From contig JAGWGX010000004.1 of assembly GCA_028867145.1 (NCBI GenBank), forward strand, positions 1 to 56,815: 56,815 bases of DNA, given 5' to 3'. The notes beneath the pieces are model-generated. The model was given only the letters and a program-made list of their open reading frames with translations. It was not told where the DNA came from and did no database searches. Positions 38,076 to 46,646 of the stretch are shown here, in pieces; positions within the stretch are counted from its first letter, which is position 1, and each line of letters opens with the position of its first letter. Origin of the DNA: Candidatus Micrarchaeota archaeon. GTDB lineage: Archaea > Micrarchaeota > Micrarchaeia > Micrarchaeales > CABMGC01. Position numbers and translations under genes: made by a program.

Positions 38076-38962
38076 GTTGACCAAACCTTGCACTCATTGC
38101 CAAAGAACTTGCACCAGTTGCATTTCCAGTTCTCCTCCCTTGTGACCGGACGCGCGGTGCGTTCTCCTAGCCAGTAACCCATAATGTCCTTTAGTGTCTT
38201 ATCAAAATCATCTTTATTATACTCTACGGCAACCGATGCAAACTCTTCCCCCGTTGCCCTGTCAACGTAAGAGATGATTAGCGTGTCGCTCACTTGAGGT
38301 ATTTTGTAGAGCTGCTCAAACATCAGCCCATAGATTGCATTCAAGTTTCGCATCTCCTCGGGTATGCTCAGCAGCTCAAGCTGCTTTAGGAATTTTTCCG
38401 AAAGAAGCATCTTTCCTATGCCGTAAGATGTGTAGAAGTTTTGGTAAGTATACTCCCTTTTCCAAAGGTCCTCAAGAAGCTTCTTGTAGACCATGATCTG
38501 CACCTTGTGCGTGCGCATCGTTGTCTCCTTTATCTCTTTCACGTTGCTGCCATCGAGCTTTGCGTTGAGCGATTTTGTCTTTGTCTCAACTATCACTACC
38601 TTCCCGTCCTTAACTTTGAGCTCGTCGATTTTTCCCGAGACCTTGAACCCGTTTATCGAGCCGTACACCTTGATCTCCCTGCCTATCCCCTTCTCGTTTA
38701 GGGACTTGTACGCAAGGTAGTTCTCGTACGCCTCCTTGTACAAAAAATCAGCATAGCCCTGCGGCTCAGCCTCGATTGCAACATGCGCCTCCTTCTCCAG
38801 CGCCTTGTGCACCTTCGCGCCGCCCGCCATCGCCTTGGTGTACTCCTTTCCGTGGATGTAGTTTAGCTCCATCTGGAGCTCGCACCAGAACTGGCTTGCT
38901 ATGTCGGTTGCGAGAATGCTGTTTTTTTTGAGCTTCTCAAGCACGCCAATTTTGCCCTCCAC
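38072..38962 (-). CDS. Exonuclease V (EXO5)/Cas4-like PD-(D/E)XK nuclease with four Fe-S cysteines
   Basis: TDIASQFWCELQ, G..VHKALE, GKIDEL, VETKT, Q..VY, YWLG.R....EENWKCNWCKFFGNEC. Confidence 0.85.
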   Translation of the reverse strand: MEGKIGVLEKLKKNSILATDIASQFWCELQMELNYIHGKEYTKAMAGGAKVHKALEKEAHVAIEAEPQGYADFLYKEAYENYLAYKSLNEKGIGREIKVYGSINGFKVSGKIDELKVKDGKVVIVETKTKSLNAKLDGSNVKEIKETTMRTHKVQIMVYKKLLEDLWKREYTYQNFYTSYGIGKMLLSEKFLKQLELLSIPEEMRNLNAIYGLMFEQLYKIPQVSDTLIISYVDRATGEEFASVAVEYNKDDFDKTLKDIMGYWLGERTARPVTREENWKCNWCKFFGNECKVWST

Positions 38963-38972
38963 GAAAAAACCT

Positions 38973-39033
38973 TGTCAGACCGCCTATCAATCGTCACAGC
39001 AAAAAGCTCAGCGATTACCTCTGTCATCACTCG
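38973..39033 (-). ncRNA. Box C/D sRNA (dual guide)
   Basis: Minus strand: C GTGATGA, 12-nt guide CAGAGGTAATCG, D' CTGA, short hairpin, C' GTGACGA, 12-nt guide TTGATAGGCGGT, D CTGA. Confidence 0.85.
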
Positions 39034-39066
39034 TATTTTTATTTGTTGGCAAGGTTAATAGCCCTT

Positions 39067-39708
39067 ATGAACCCGCTCCTTAGAGATTACGATCTCTTCA
39101 TCTTCGACTGGGACGGAACCCTCTCCACCTCCACGATGCTGGTGAGGATCAGCCACTTCTTCAAGAGGCGCTACAACCCGGACTACATTCGGGCGCATGC
39201 TGACAAATACAGCCAACCAAGCAGGGCGAACATGCGCTTTAGGTCAAGCGAGGCGCATGCGGTGGACTTCCTATACGAGATCTATAGCCTCTTCACAAGG
39301 CCAAAGCTGCGCAGCGGCTCAATTGAGCTGCTAGACGCGCTAAGAAAGAGCAACAAGAGGATCGCGCTCTTTTCAGACGGCGCCCAGCACAGGGTGCACA
39401 GTGAGGTAAGGCGCCTTGGGCTCGAGAAGTACTTTGAGGTGATACTCAGCGCTGAGACAATTCACGCATACAAGCCAAACCCGACAGGGATAACTCTGAT
39501 TGCGCACGAACTCGGCACCAAGAAGTCGCGCTGCCTATACGTTGGTGATATGTCGATTGACATTTTCACCGCAAGGTTCGCGGGAATTGATGTCTGCTCG
39601 GTCGGAAACGGGCTGGATCCCTACCCTACCCTGGTCGCAACAAAGCCCGACTATTTGTTTGAGAGCACCGAGGCTCTTGCGCGAAAAATCGAGGGAAAAC
39701 GACGATAA
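39067..39708 (+). CDS. HAD-superfamily phosphatase
   Basis: FDWDGTL, KPNP, YVGDMSID. Confidence 0.9.
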   Translation: MNPLLRDYDLFIFDWDGTLSTSTMLVRISHFFKRRYNPDYIRAHADKYSQPSRANMRFRSSEAHAVDFLYEIYSLFTRPKLRSGSIELLDALRKSNKRIALFSDGAQHRVHSEVRRLGLEKYFEVILSAETIHAYKPNPTGITLIAHELGTKKSRCLYVGDMSIDIFTARFAGIDVCSVGNGLDPYPTLVATKPDYLFESTEALARKIEGKRR

Positions 39709-39790
39709 GCGATACATTTATAAATGACAAATCCCATAACCTACTTACGTAGTAAAGCGCTGTTAAAGGTGCAAATTCTACAGAGAAAAG

Positions 39791-40153
39791 ATGAACATGG
39801 AAAGAGACAGATTTGAAAGAAGGCCAATGGGTGGCGACAGAAATGGAGGAGACAGGAGAGGAGGCGGAATGGGAATGAAACCAAACTACTTCCTACCAAA
39901 GCCTGTGAAGGTCGGTGACGTAGTCGATGTAACAATCGAGGCAGTTGCGTCCAAGGGCGACGGCATCGCAAAGAAGGACGGTTTCGTTATCTTTGTAGCT
40001 GGCGCGAAGCAGGGTGAGACAGTGTCTGTGAAGATAACTGACGTGAAGGCAAGGTTCGCAATTGGCGAAATGGCCGGAGCGGCATCCGCTGCGCCTGCAG
40101 CACCATCGGATGAGTCGGAAGAGTCATCTGAGGAATCAGAAGCGGAGGAGTAA
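39791..40153 (+). CDS. TRAM-domain RNA-binding protein with Arg/Gly-rich N-terminus and acidic tail
   Basis: PVKVGDVVDVTIEAVASKGDGIAKKDGFVIFV. Confidence 0.93.
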   Translation: MNMERDRFERRPMGGDRNGGDRRGGGMGMKPNYFLPKPVKVGDVVDVTIEAVASKGDGIAKKDGFVIFVAGAKQGETVSVKITDVKARFAIGEMAGAASAAPAAPSDESEESSEESEAEE

Positions 40154-40201
40154 TCCTCTCTTCTTTTTATTTTTTTATTTTTATCTTCTATTTCTTGTTT
40201 T
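40154..40201 (+). terminator. Oligo-T archaeal terminator after the TRAM gene
   Basis: Long T-rich tract directly after the stop codon. Confidence 0.6.
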
Positions 40202-40276
40202 CAACTTCGCTTAGCTTAGGCCAAGGCTAAGGCTTAAAGAGATTATCCCCCATATCTAACACGTTTCGTGTTTGAA

Positions 40277-40903
40277 ATGGAGTTCAACAAGACACTGGCA
40301 CTTGTCACAATAGGCCTTCTTGCGGTAGCAGGCATATTGTTTATAACAATACCTATCTTCCTTGCATCATCTTTGGTCTCAATAAACGGGAAAAACACCT
40401 CCGCGAGCCTTGCAACGGTGATAGGGGAGTTCAAGAACACCACCCAGACCGTCCTGGTGCACATAATTCCTGAGAGGAACACGGTCCTATTCAACAGCCA
40501 CACGGCAAATCTGGTCTTTTTGAGTGTTAACGCCAAGCAGGCGCAAAATCTCACCTCGCAAAGCGCTGACGGAAGCCCCGTAACCCTAATCGCGGGGGGC
40601 CTAATCTTCCCAACCGTTGACGTGCAGCGCAACGCCTCTGTCAAGATAATCTTCGTGAACATGGTTCCTGACCAGAGCTGCAACCTTGTGATAACAACAA
40701 TAAACCCGGCTACAGTCGCAAGCTCTGGCGTCCAAATCTCATCCCAGCTTGGTGCGGTCCTCTCGACCCCTTCGCTTTTGCCCGCAAACCTAATCACTGG
40801 GAAGGTTTACCAGTACACCGCCTCACTGCCCACGGTCAGCAGCGATCTTTGGTACTCGAGCAGCTGCACACCCTCCGCCTCGGGGGTCATCACAACTGAG
40901 TGA
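40277..40903 (+). CDS. Membrane-anchored rusticyanin/sulfocyanin-like protein lacking type-1 Cu ligands
   Basis: N-terminal TM; GLIFPTVDVQRNASVKIIFVN...CNLVIT and LWY pattern resemble rusticyanin. Confidence 0.55.
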   Translation: MEFNKTLALVTIGLLAVAGILFITIPIFLASSLVSINGKNTSASLATVIGEFKNTTQTVLVHIIPERNTVLFNSHTANLVFLSVNAKQAQNLTSQSADGSPVTLIAGGLIFPTVDVQRNASVKIIFVNMVPDQSCNLVITTINPATVASSGVQISSQLGAVLSTPSLLPANLITGKVYQYTASLPTVSSDLWYSSSCTPSASGVITTE

Positions 40904-40961
40904 TGATAGTCGTCCCCACAGCAAGAGTTATAAACCCTAAGATTGTTCTCTAATTGATTTC

Positions 40962-41468
40962 ATGGACAATATGCATTATCTCCTAGTGGGATTGGTACTA
41001 GTAGCCATAATCCTGAGCGGGCTTAGCTACATGAAGCTGACCGCAGCGGCGCCAAACACGCAGAACCAGAGCACCTCGCTCTCATCGATCGACACGGTGC
41101 TCTTGCAGGGACAGACGATTCCTGCGGGTAGTTACATCCACCTAATGGACATCTCCCCTGAGCAGGTCGTGATTGGTCACCTTGCATTCAAGCTGCCTTG
41201 CGCGCTCAACGGAACCTCTCCGTTTGTGCTTCTCCTAGGTTCTGCGCCATCATTTAGCGCGCTACACCTAAACCAGAGCGAGGAGCTAACAAAGATCTCG
41301 ACAGGCGGACAGCTTTGCATCTACCACTTCTATGTGGGAAAGGGCTATGCAAACCCAGCCACCTTGGAGCTAACTGACGTTGCTCTGCTCAACCCGACAA
41401 ACCAGTCTATAACCCTGCCAGCAACCACAACAGCGGTCATCTCGCTGAACAAGGTAATTCCAGCGTAA
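40962..41468 (+). CDS. Secreted His/Cys-containing protein resembling a thaumarchaeal extracellular family
   Basis: Signal/TM; IPAGSYIHLMD, GHLAFKLPC, LCIYH, TDVALLNP. Confidence 0.7.
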   Translation: MDNMHYLLVGLVLVAIILSGLSYMKLTAAAPNTQNQSTSLSSIDTVLLQGQTIPAGSYIHLMDISPEQVVIGHLAFKLPCALNGTSPFVLLLGSAPSFSALHLNQSEELTKISTGGQLCIYHFYVGKGYANPATLELTDVALLNPTNQSITLPATTTAVISLNKVIPA

Positions 41469-41475
41469 CTGCTGG

Positions 41476-41510
41476 AATTTTTTTATTTTTCTTTTTCTGT
41501 TTTATTTTTA
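41476..41510 (+). terminator. Oligo-T terminator
   Basis: T-rich tract between convergent genes. Confidence 0.55.
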
Positions 41511-41522
41511 GGATTGGTAGCT

Positions 41523-42215
41523 TCAGCTCTGCCTGAGCATCTCTGAAACCAGTTTGTTGAACGACTCCTGCTTGCTGTTGAACTGGTTCATGAGCTCCCT
41601 TGCATGGTGGTCGTTTTCCGCCTTGAACTCCTCGCCTGTTATCCCGATTGCCGGCATCTCGGTGAGCAGCGTAGGCTCGGTTGCAATGAATGAGTGGAGC
41701 TCTCCCTTCCTGATCAGCTTTCTCTCTCCTGCCTTTTGCTCCTCAATGCTCGCCTTGGCCTCTCCTTCCCTGAAGATTATCCAGATTCCCCTGCCGTAAA
41801 TTATGTGGAACTCTATGTCGTAAGGGTGAGAGTGCGCCCCCCTCATGAAGAAAGGATTGGTCGCATTGAGGTTGTATATCTCCTTTCCCTTGAAGAGCAC
41901 AGGGTGTATGCTGCCCCTTGAATCATTGCTGACCGTTATTATCTTCAGCAACGGGGCCGTGTCGTCAATCTCCTTAAGCGCCCCTATGTGGTAATCGTAG
42001 TTGTAACATGCAACATTCCTCTCTGGCACGCCTTGTGCCTCTGCCCTGATTCCCTTAATCCTGTCTGCAGTTAGTTTGAAGAGCTCTTTGCCCAAAAAGT
42101 TGATCTGTGCCTGCTTTCCATCTGCTTCGAGCGAGATTCCAATCTCTGCCTTCCTGAGCATCTGGGAGTATCCCTGCTTGTCAGTAGGGTAGTTAATTTT
42201 CGCCTGCAAACTCAT
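41523..42215 (-). CDS. Cupin-domain protein
   Basis: RGAHSHP...EFH and GELHSF cupin metal motifs. Confidence 0.7.
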   Translation of the reverse strand: MSLQAKINYPTDKQGYSQMLRKAEIGISLEADGKQAQINFLGKELFKLTADRIKGIRAEAQGVPERNVACYNYDYHIGALKEIDDTAPLLKIITVSNDSRGSIHPVLFKGKEIYNLNATNPFFMRGAHSHPYDIEFHIIYGRGIWIIFREGEAKASIEEQKAGERKLIRKGELHSFIATEPTLLTEMPAIGITGEEFKAENDHHARELMNQFNSKQESFNKLVSEMLRQS

Positions 42216-42279
42216 TTAATCGAATTTACTCTCGCCTGGGCATTTAAATAGTCTGTTCACTTTTTCGTTTAAATCCTCC

Positions 42280-42681
42280 TTAACGCCATCCTTCATTGAT
42301 GTGCTCTGCCTCAACCCTAATTATAACCCGTCTCTCCCCCGGCTGCCTCATCGGGTACTTTTCCTTACCAAGGTACTTTTGCGCGAGCTTGTCAATGTGT
42401 GCATCAGCTCCCTCTTCTGTGATCTCCACAACCTTTCCCCTTATCCAGATTTCGCTGTAGGGATTTGTCGCATCTGCAATGCTTAGCGCAATCCGCTTGT
42501 CCTTCACCAGATTTCTGTATTTAGCTCTTCCAACTGCGGTGTTGAAAACAATCAGATCTACTTCCCTATCTATCCATACCGCGCTCACCTGCGGCGAGCC
42601 ATCTGGCATCAGGGTTGCCACATGCGCAAAGTTCTTGCCATCGAGCATCTTGATCACCTTTTCTGATAGCTTTTTTCCCAT
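42280..42681 (-). CDS. PPOX-class (pyridoxamine 5'-phosphate oxidase-like) flavin/F420-dependent oxidoreductase
   Basis: ATLMPDGSPQVS.VW, K.RNL..D.R, HIDKLAQKYLG..YP. Confidence 0.9.
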   Translation of the reverse strand: MGKKLSEKVIKMLDGKNFAHVATLMPDGSPQVSAVWIDREVDLIVFNTAVGRAKYRNLVKDKRIALSIADATNPYSEIWIRGKVVEITEEGADAHIDKLAQKYLGKEKYPMRQPGERRVIIRVEAEHINEGWR

Positions 42682-42706
42682 TCAATCACAAACTAAGAAG
42701 CGTAAG

Positions 42707-42790
42707 CGCCCAGAGTGAGAGTCGAACTCACGAAGGTATTTCTACCAAACAGCTTAGCGGGCTGCCGCCCTACCACTAGGCGACCTGGGC
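42707..42790 (-). tRNA. tRNA-Ser(GCU)
   Basis: Acceptor GCCCAGG/TCTGGGC with G73, anticodon arm GCAGC-ccGCTaa-GCTGT, long variable arm, T arm GTGAG-TTCGACT-CTCAC. Confidence 0.92.
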
Positions 42791-42817
42791 ACACAACTTA
42801 TATGCCGAATTTAATAC

Positions 42818-43315
42818 TTAAAGCTTACTTCCCGAATGTTTTTTCCTCAGTTTTATAAGATGTTTATACTGCCAGGCCCTCTCCTTAGCTATTGCCCTAT
42901 CCATGTCCTCATGTTTTGTTGCTCTGTAGATTGCCTGAAGTGCATATACCGAGGCTCCGAGTGAGTGGGTTGATACATGAGCTGTCGCAACTGCCTGCCC
43001 CGCAGACCTTGCCGCAGAGCGAGCAGGCCTATCCTCCCCGACTTCGCGCGCAGCCGCATGCGAATCAAGAGATGCCTTGCGTATAACTGCCATGCTGAAG
43101 ATTCCAGTGCGCCTCCATTTTTGGAGCACCTTAAGTGCGGTTTGGGGTCTAGTGTCGTTTGGAAATTCTTTTTGAAAATACGGAAGAACTCTTCTAGCGC
43201 AATCAATTGCCCAAAGCGCCAAGATTTTCTTGTCTGTTTTTGCAACGAGTGCCCTAAGCGATGGATCTATTTGTGCAATGGTAAACTTTGATTTCTTGGT
43301 TGCCACTGTTTTCAT
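42818..43315 (-). CDS. Imm5-like (putative immunity) protein
   Basis: LALWAIDCARRVL, D.RP..AL, AARSAGQAVATAHV..H. Confidence 0.75.
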   Translation of the reverse strand: MKTVATKKSKFTIAQIDPSLRALVAKTDKKILALWAIDCARRVLPYFQKEFPNDTRPQTALKVLQKWRRTGIFSMAVIRKASLDSHAAAREVGEDRPARSAARSAGQAVATAHVSTHSLGASVYALQAIYRATKHEDMDRAIAKERAWQYKHLIKLRKKHSGSKL

Positions 43316-43318
43316 TTG

Positions 43319-44071
43319 CTAACCAACCAAGTAATCGGTCATTGAAGTCAAGTCCTCAAAAATAAGGTCGGGCTTTTCCTCTTCAAGATTCTTTCTCGCC
43401 CCCATTCCTGTCAAAAGTGCAATTGATTTGCACTTTGCGTCCTTCGCGGCAATAATGTCTGTTGGCGCATCCCCAACATAATAGGTGCTTTCAAGCGGCA
43501 ACTTGAGTAAATAGTGGATTTTTATTATTCCCTCTCCTGAAGGCTTTTTCTTAAGCACATCCTCCTCTCCCAGTACTGCAGAGAAATTGTCAAGACCCAA
43601 AGGGCCAATGTCTCTTTTTACTGAGGACTTTGCTGCATTGGTAAAAATAGCAAGCGCATACCCTCCCTCTCTTAGTCTCCTAATAGAGTTCTTTGCATCA
43701 GGAAAAATTCGCATTTTGTCTCCCGCCGCATCTGAGTTGAAGAACTCCCTGTAAATCTTTCCTATCTTCTCTACTTTTGTGAGGTCTTCATAGCCAACAT
43801 TCTCCTCAACTATTTTATCTATCAACTCCTCTGAGTTCTTTGCCTTTAGTATCTCGTCCATCTTCTTTCCCGATTTGGAGATCGCAAAGAGCGCCTTTGC
43901 CCCAAGAACTCCGTTGTTGTACTTGCCAATTCCCCTAAGTTTCCAAACCTGCTTCTCGGTGAAGTTAAATTTTAGCCCAAGAACCTCAAAGCCGCGTTTG
44001 TATCCCTCCCACAAAACAAGCGAGGAGTCCCTTAGCACCCCACCAACATCGAATATCACAAGCCCCTTCAC
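43319..44071 (-). CDS. HAD-superfamily phosphatase
   Basis: FDVGGVLRDS, FTN, KKPSGEG, YVGDAPTDI; likely start GTG 44071, as the upstream ORF extension lies in the SRP RNA. Confidence 0.88.
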   Translation of the reverse strand: MKGLVIFDVGGVLRDSSLVLWEGYKRGFEVLGLKFNFTEKQVWKLRGIGKYNNGVLGAKALFAISKSGKKMDEILKAKNSEELIDKIVEENVGYEDLTKVEKIGKIYREFFNSDAAGDKMRIFPDAKNSIRRLREGGYALAIFTNAAKSSVKRDIGPLGLDNFSAVLGEEDVLKKKPSGEGIIKIHYLLKLPLESTYYVGDAPTDIIAAKDAKCKSIALLTGMGARKNLEEEKPDLIFEDLTSMTDYLVG

Positions 44072-44083
44072 AAAATCACAAGT

Positions 44084-44340
44084 GGCAGCACCGGCCTTGC
44101 TATACAAAGCGATGCAAGGTGATCTAGACATCTGCTCAGCCCCGTATCTCTAGAGCATAGTAAACATAGACTTAGGGTTGCTCCTTCCGGCCTGGCCCGG
44201 TTCGAATATGCAACTACCACTAGAGGCGAAACCTCAACGCTTCCGCCTAGGCCTTGCACAACTTTGTAACACGCAGCCGGTATTGGCCCGCCTGAAGGGG
44301 ATTTGCGGATGGGAGACCCCTAGCCTCCCGCCTTGCTGCC
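44084..44340 (-). ncRNA. ffs: Signal recognition particle (7S) RNA
   Basis: Helix 8 motif GAACCGGGCCAGGCCGGAAGGAGCAACCC, terminal helix GGCAGCA/TGCTGCC, Alu-like domain with AGGGG/CCCCT complementarity. Confidence 0.93.
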
Positions 44341-44389
44341 AATACTACTTGGTGATTAATCCTTTAAGAAGTGTCGGTTTTAGGGGAAT

Positions 44390-46543
44390 TCAGGCCTGCT
44401 TTGCAGCGGCCAGCGCGCCGACCATCTCGGGGCTTTTCACAAGGTCTAGGTAGTAGCCCTCCGTTCTTTTCCTTGTCTCAAATCCCTTCGCAAGTGCCCT
44501 CAGGTTCACGCCCACCTTCATTGTAGGCAGCCCCTTGCTTTCAACATGCTGGGCAAATTCTTTGGCGGTCAGGTTTATTCCAGCCTTGCTAAATATCACC
44601 CTGTCCACTCCCAGCTCCTTTGACCTCTCCACAATGTCATCGTATATTATCGCAAACATCTCCTTCTTCTCGCGCACCACCCTGTGGCCCTCGACAGAAT
44701 CGACAATTAATGTGCGCCCGCTTATGTAGCACAGGGCGCTCCCCACCTTCTCCGCCCCAATCTCGTAGAGAAGCGGCATCACATTCTTGTCCGTGCAGTA
44801 GTTGAAGATCTGCTTTCCGTTCGGCAAATAGACGCAGGCTGTCTGCACCCTTCCGTCGTAGTCAAGTGGATTTCGCGATAGGCTTGCCTTCACAAAATTG
44901 TATCTGCCCGCTTTTATGTCCCTATACTCTGCAGCGTTTAGGACATCCCCCACAAATTCGTCTCCGAGCGCCGCAAGCGTTTGGTATATCTGCTCGTAAT
45001 TAGGCTTTCCGTTTGATGACCTAAAGATTTCGTGCTTTGTCTGCCTATATTTTGTATTCAAGGCAAGCTTTGCCTTGTTTATTGCCCCAATCTCGACAAT
45101 TTGGCCTATGGTCCTCACTGCCCTGAGCTCTTCCTGCCTGTTCCTTGAGCCTAGAATTGAGATTACCGAAAGCCGCACAAGCTCCTCCCTTCCAAGGTTT
45201 AGCGCGGTGAAGTTGCCCTGGCTGAACGGGTAGAACTTGACACTCTCCTGTTTTCCCTCATTCAATAATTTCAGCATTCCCTGCATGCTCAACTTCCCTG
45301 ACTTCTCCCAGTATTTTGAGATGCTGTGGAGCTCCTCCATGCTCATCTCTTTTGTGAAGGAATATTTCTCCCTTAAATGCGAGAAGACCTCTTCCCCATA
45401 GCGTTTGATATTCTCCTTTGTCGGTTTTGGAAGAGCGCCGCCCGAGTTAATGAATATCATAGCGGACCTTAGGTCGTCATGGCTCTTTACGATCAGATCA
45501 AGGTTCAAGTGGAGTATCGTAGCGGCTATTTGCGATGTTATCATCTGCTCTGGGTTTGGCCCTATTACATCGACCAAATCAAGTATCCTGTGCACCCTTC
45601 CTATATCCCTCTTGAAGTCCACCGCAGCATAGCTTGCACACTCCGCGGCGTATTTTGCCTGCATCCCGACATAGCCCTCAAGCCTATTCCTTATTGTCTG
45701 GTCGTAAAATAGCCTCATCGTATCCTCGAATTCGAGCTCGTTGAAGTCTTTCTCCTTCACGAATGTGGAGGCAATCGAAAAGGAGATGGCAAACTCAAAG
45801 AGCAGGTGCGGATTTTTGGTGTACTCTTTGAGGAAGGAAAGCATCTGTCCTCCAAGTTTAGGATGGTCCTGTGTGTTATTTTTAATTATCATGATGTTCC
45901 TAAGGAAAAGAAACGCATCCTCGCTTTGTACAAGCGCATTCAGCGAGTCCTTGAACCACTCCTCGCGCAAAAATGCAAATTTTTCAGCAACTGCCACCGC
46001 ATTTTTGGAAGCAAAAATGCCATCCATCATGTACATGACAAGATGTTGCCTAGCGCCCTCGACATATCCCTCCGTGAGCGATCTGAGCTCCGGCGACCTG
46101 AAAATTTCAAGCAGCTCTGCAATTGTTTCGGCTTCCCTGCCTAGCTCTATGTTTAGAGACAAGTTCTGCCCAAACCTGTCCATGGCCGTTGAGGTCACCG
46201 TATCCATTATACGCTGTGCAGTTTCCTCTCCCCAAAAATGCACTGCATCAACGCACTCCTTTGACAAAACGCACTTTGCCACAATCTCAAAGTCCTCGGG
46301 CCTGTAGAGCGCTGTGGTGAGAAGCTCCTTGAACGCAGCCGCCTTCACCTCTTTGCTGCACTCCCTCAAAAACTCAAATGCCCCTGCCTCCCTCAGCTTT
46401 TTGATCGCTGAGAGCCTCAACGATCTGTTAAAAAGCTCCGGGGCGCTCTCGACTATCTCTTTCCTCAGCTCTCTGAGCGGGGTTTTACCATGTGCAGGGC
46501 GAGGGCTAGAGCCATCAGAAACAAGCTTCACCGCCTCCGCCAT
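44390..46543 (-). CDS. Large hypothetical protein (717 aa)
   Basis: Long ORF with typical codon usage; helical N-terminal part and alpha/beta C-terminal domain. Confidence 0.8.
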   Translation of the reverse strand: MAEAVKLVSDGSSPRPAHGKTPLRELRKEIVESAPELFNRSLRLSAIKKLREAGAFEFLRECSKEVKAAAFKELLTTALYRPEDFEIVAKCVLSKECVDAVHFWGEETAQRIMDTVTSTAMDRFGQNLSLNIELGREAETIAELLEIFRSPELRSLTEGYVEGARQHLVMYMMDGIFASKNAVAVAEKFAFLREEWFKDSLNALVQSEDAFLFLRNIMIIKNNTQDHPKLGGQMLSFLKEYTKNPHLLFEFAISFSIASTFVKEKDFNELEFEDTMRLFYDQTIRNRLEGYVGMQAKYAAECASYAAVDFKRDIGRVHRILDLVDVIGPNPEQMITSQIAATILHLNLDLIVKSHDDLRSAMIFINSGGALPKPTKENIKRYGEEVFSHLREKYSFTKEMSMEELHSISKYWEKSGKLSMQGMLKLLNEGKQESVKFYPFSQGNFTALNLGREELVRLSVISILGSRNRQEELRAVRTIGQIVEIGAINKAKLALNTKYRQTKHEIFRSSNGKPNYEQIYQTLAALGDEFVGDVLNAAEYRDIKAGRYNFVKASLSRNPLDYDGRVQTACVYLPNGKQIFNYCTDKNVMPLLYEIGAEKVGSALCYISGRTLIVDSVEGHRVVREKKEMFAIIYDDIVERSKELGVDRVIFSKAGINLTAKEFAQHVESKGLPTMKVGVNLRALAKGFETRKRTEGYYLDLVKSPEMVGALAAAKQA

Positions 46544-46646
46544 TTTATCTAGTCTACTTTTGCTGGGGCATTTATAGGTCTTATCCAGTTTTTGTTTTGG
46601 CCGCTTACGAATGGTTTATTAAGGTTGAAAGCGATATTATTATCAG

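Noticed and set aside
38072-38962. CRISPR-associated Cas4
   Set aside because: No array or other cas genes in the window; the motifs fit EXO5 better.
44072-44131. N-terminal extension of the HAD ORF (start 44131) and ORFs at 44068-44453
   Set aside because: They overlap the SRP RNA gene; GTG 44071 with a GTGAT SD motif is the better start.
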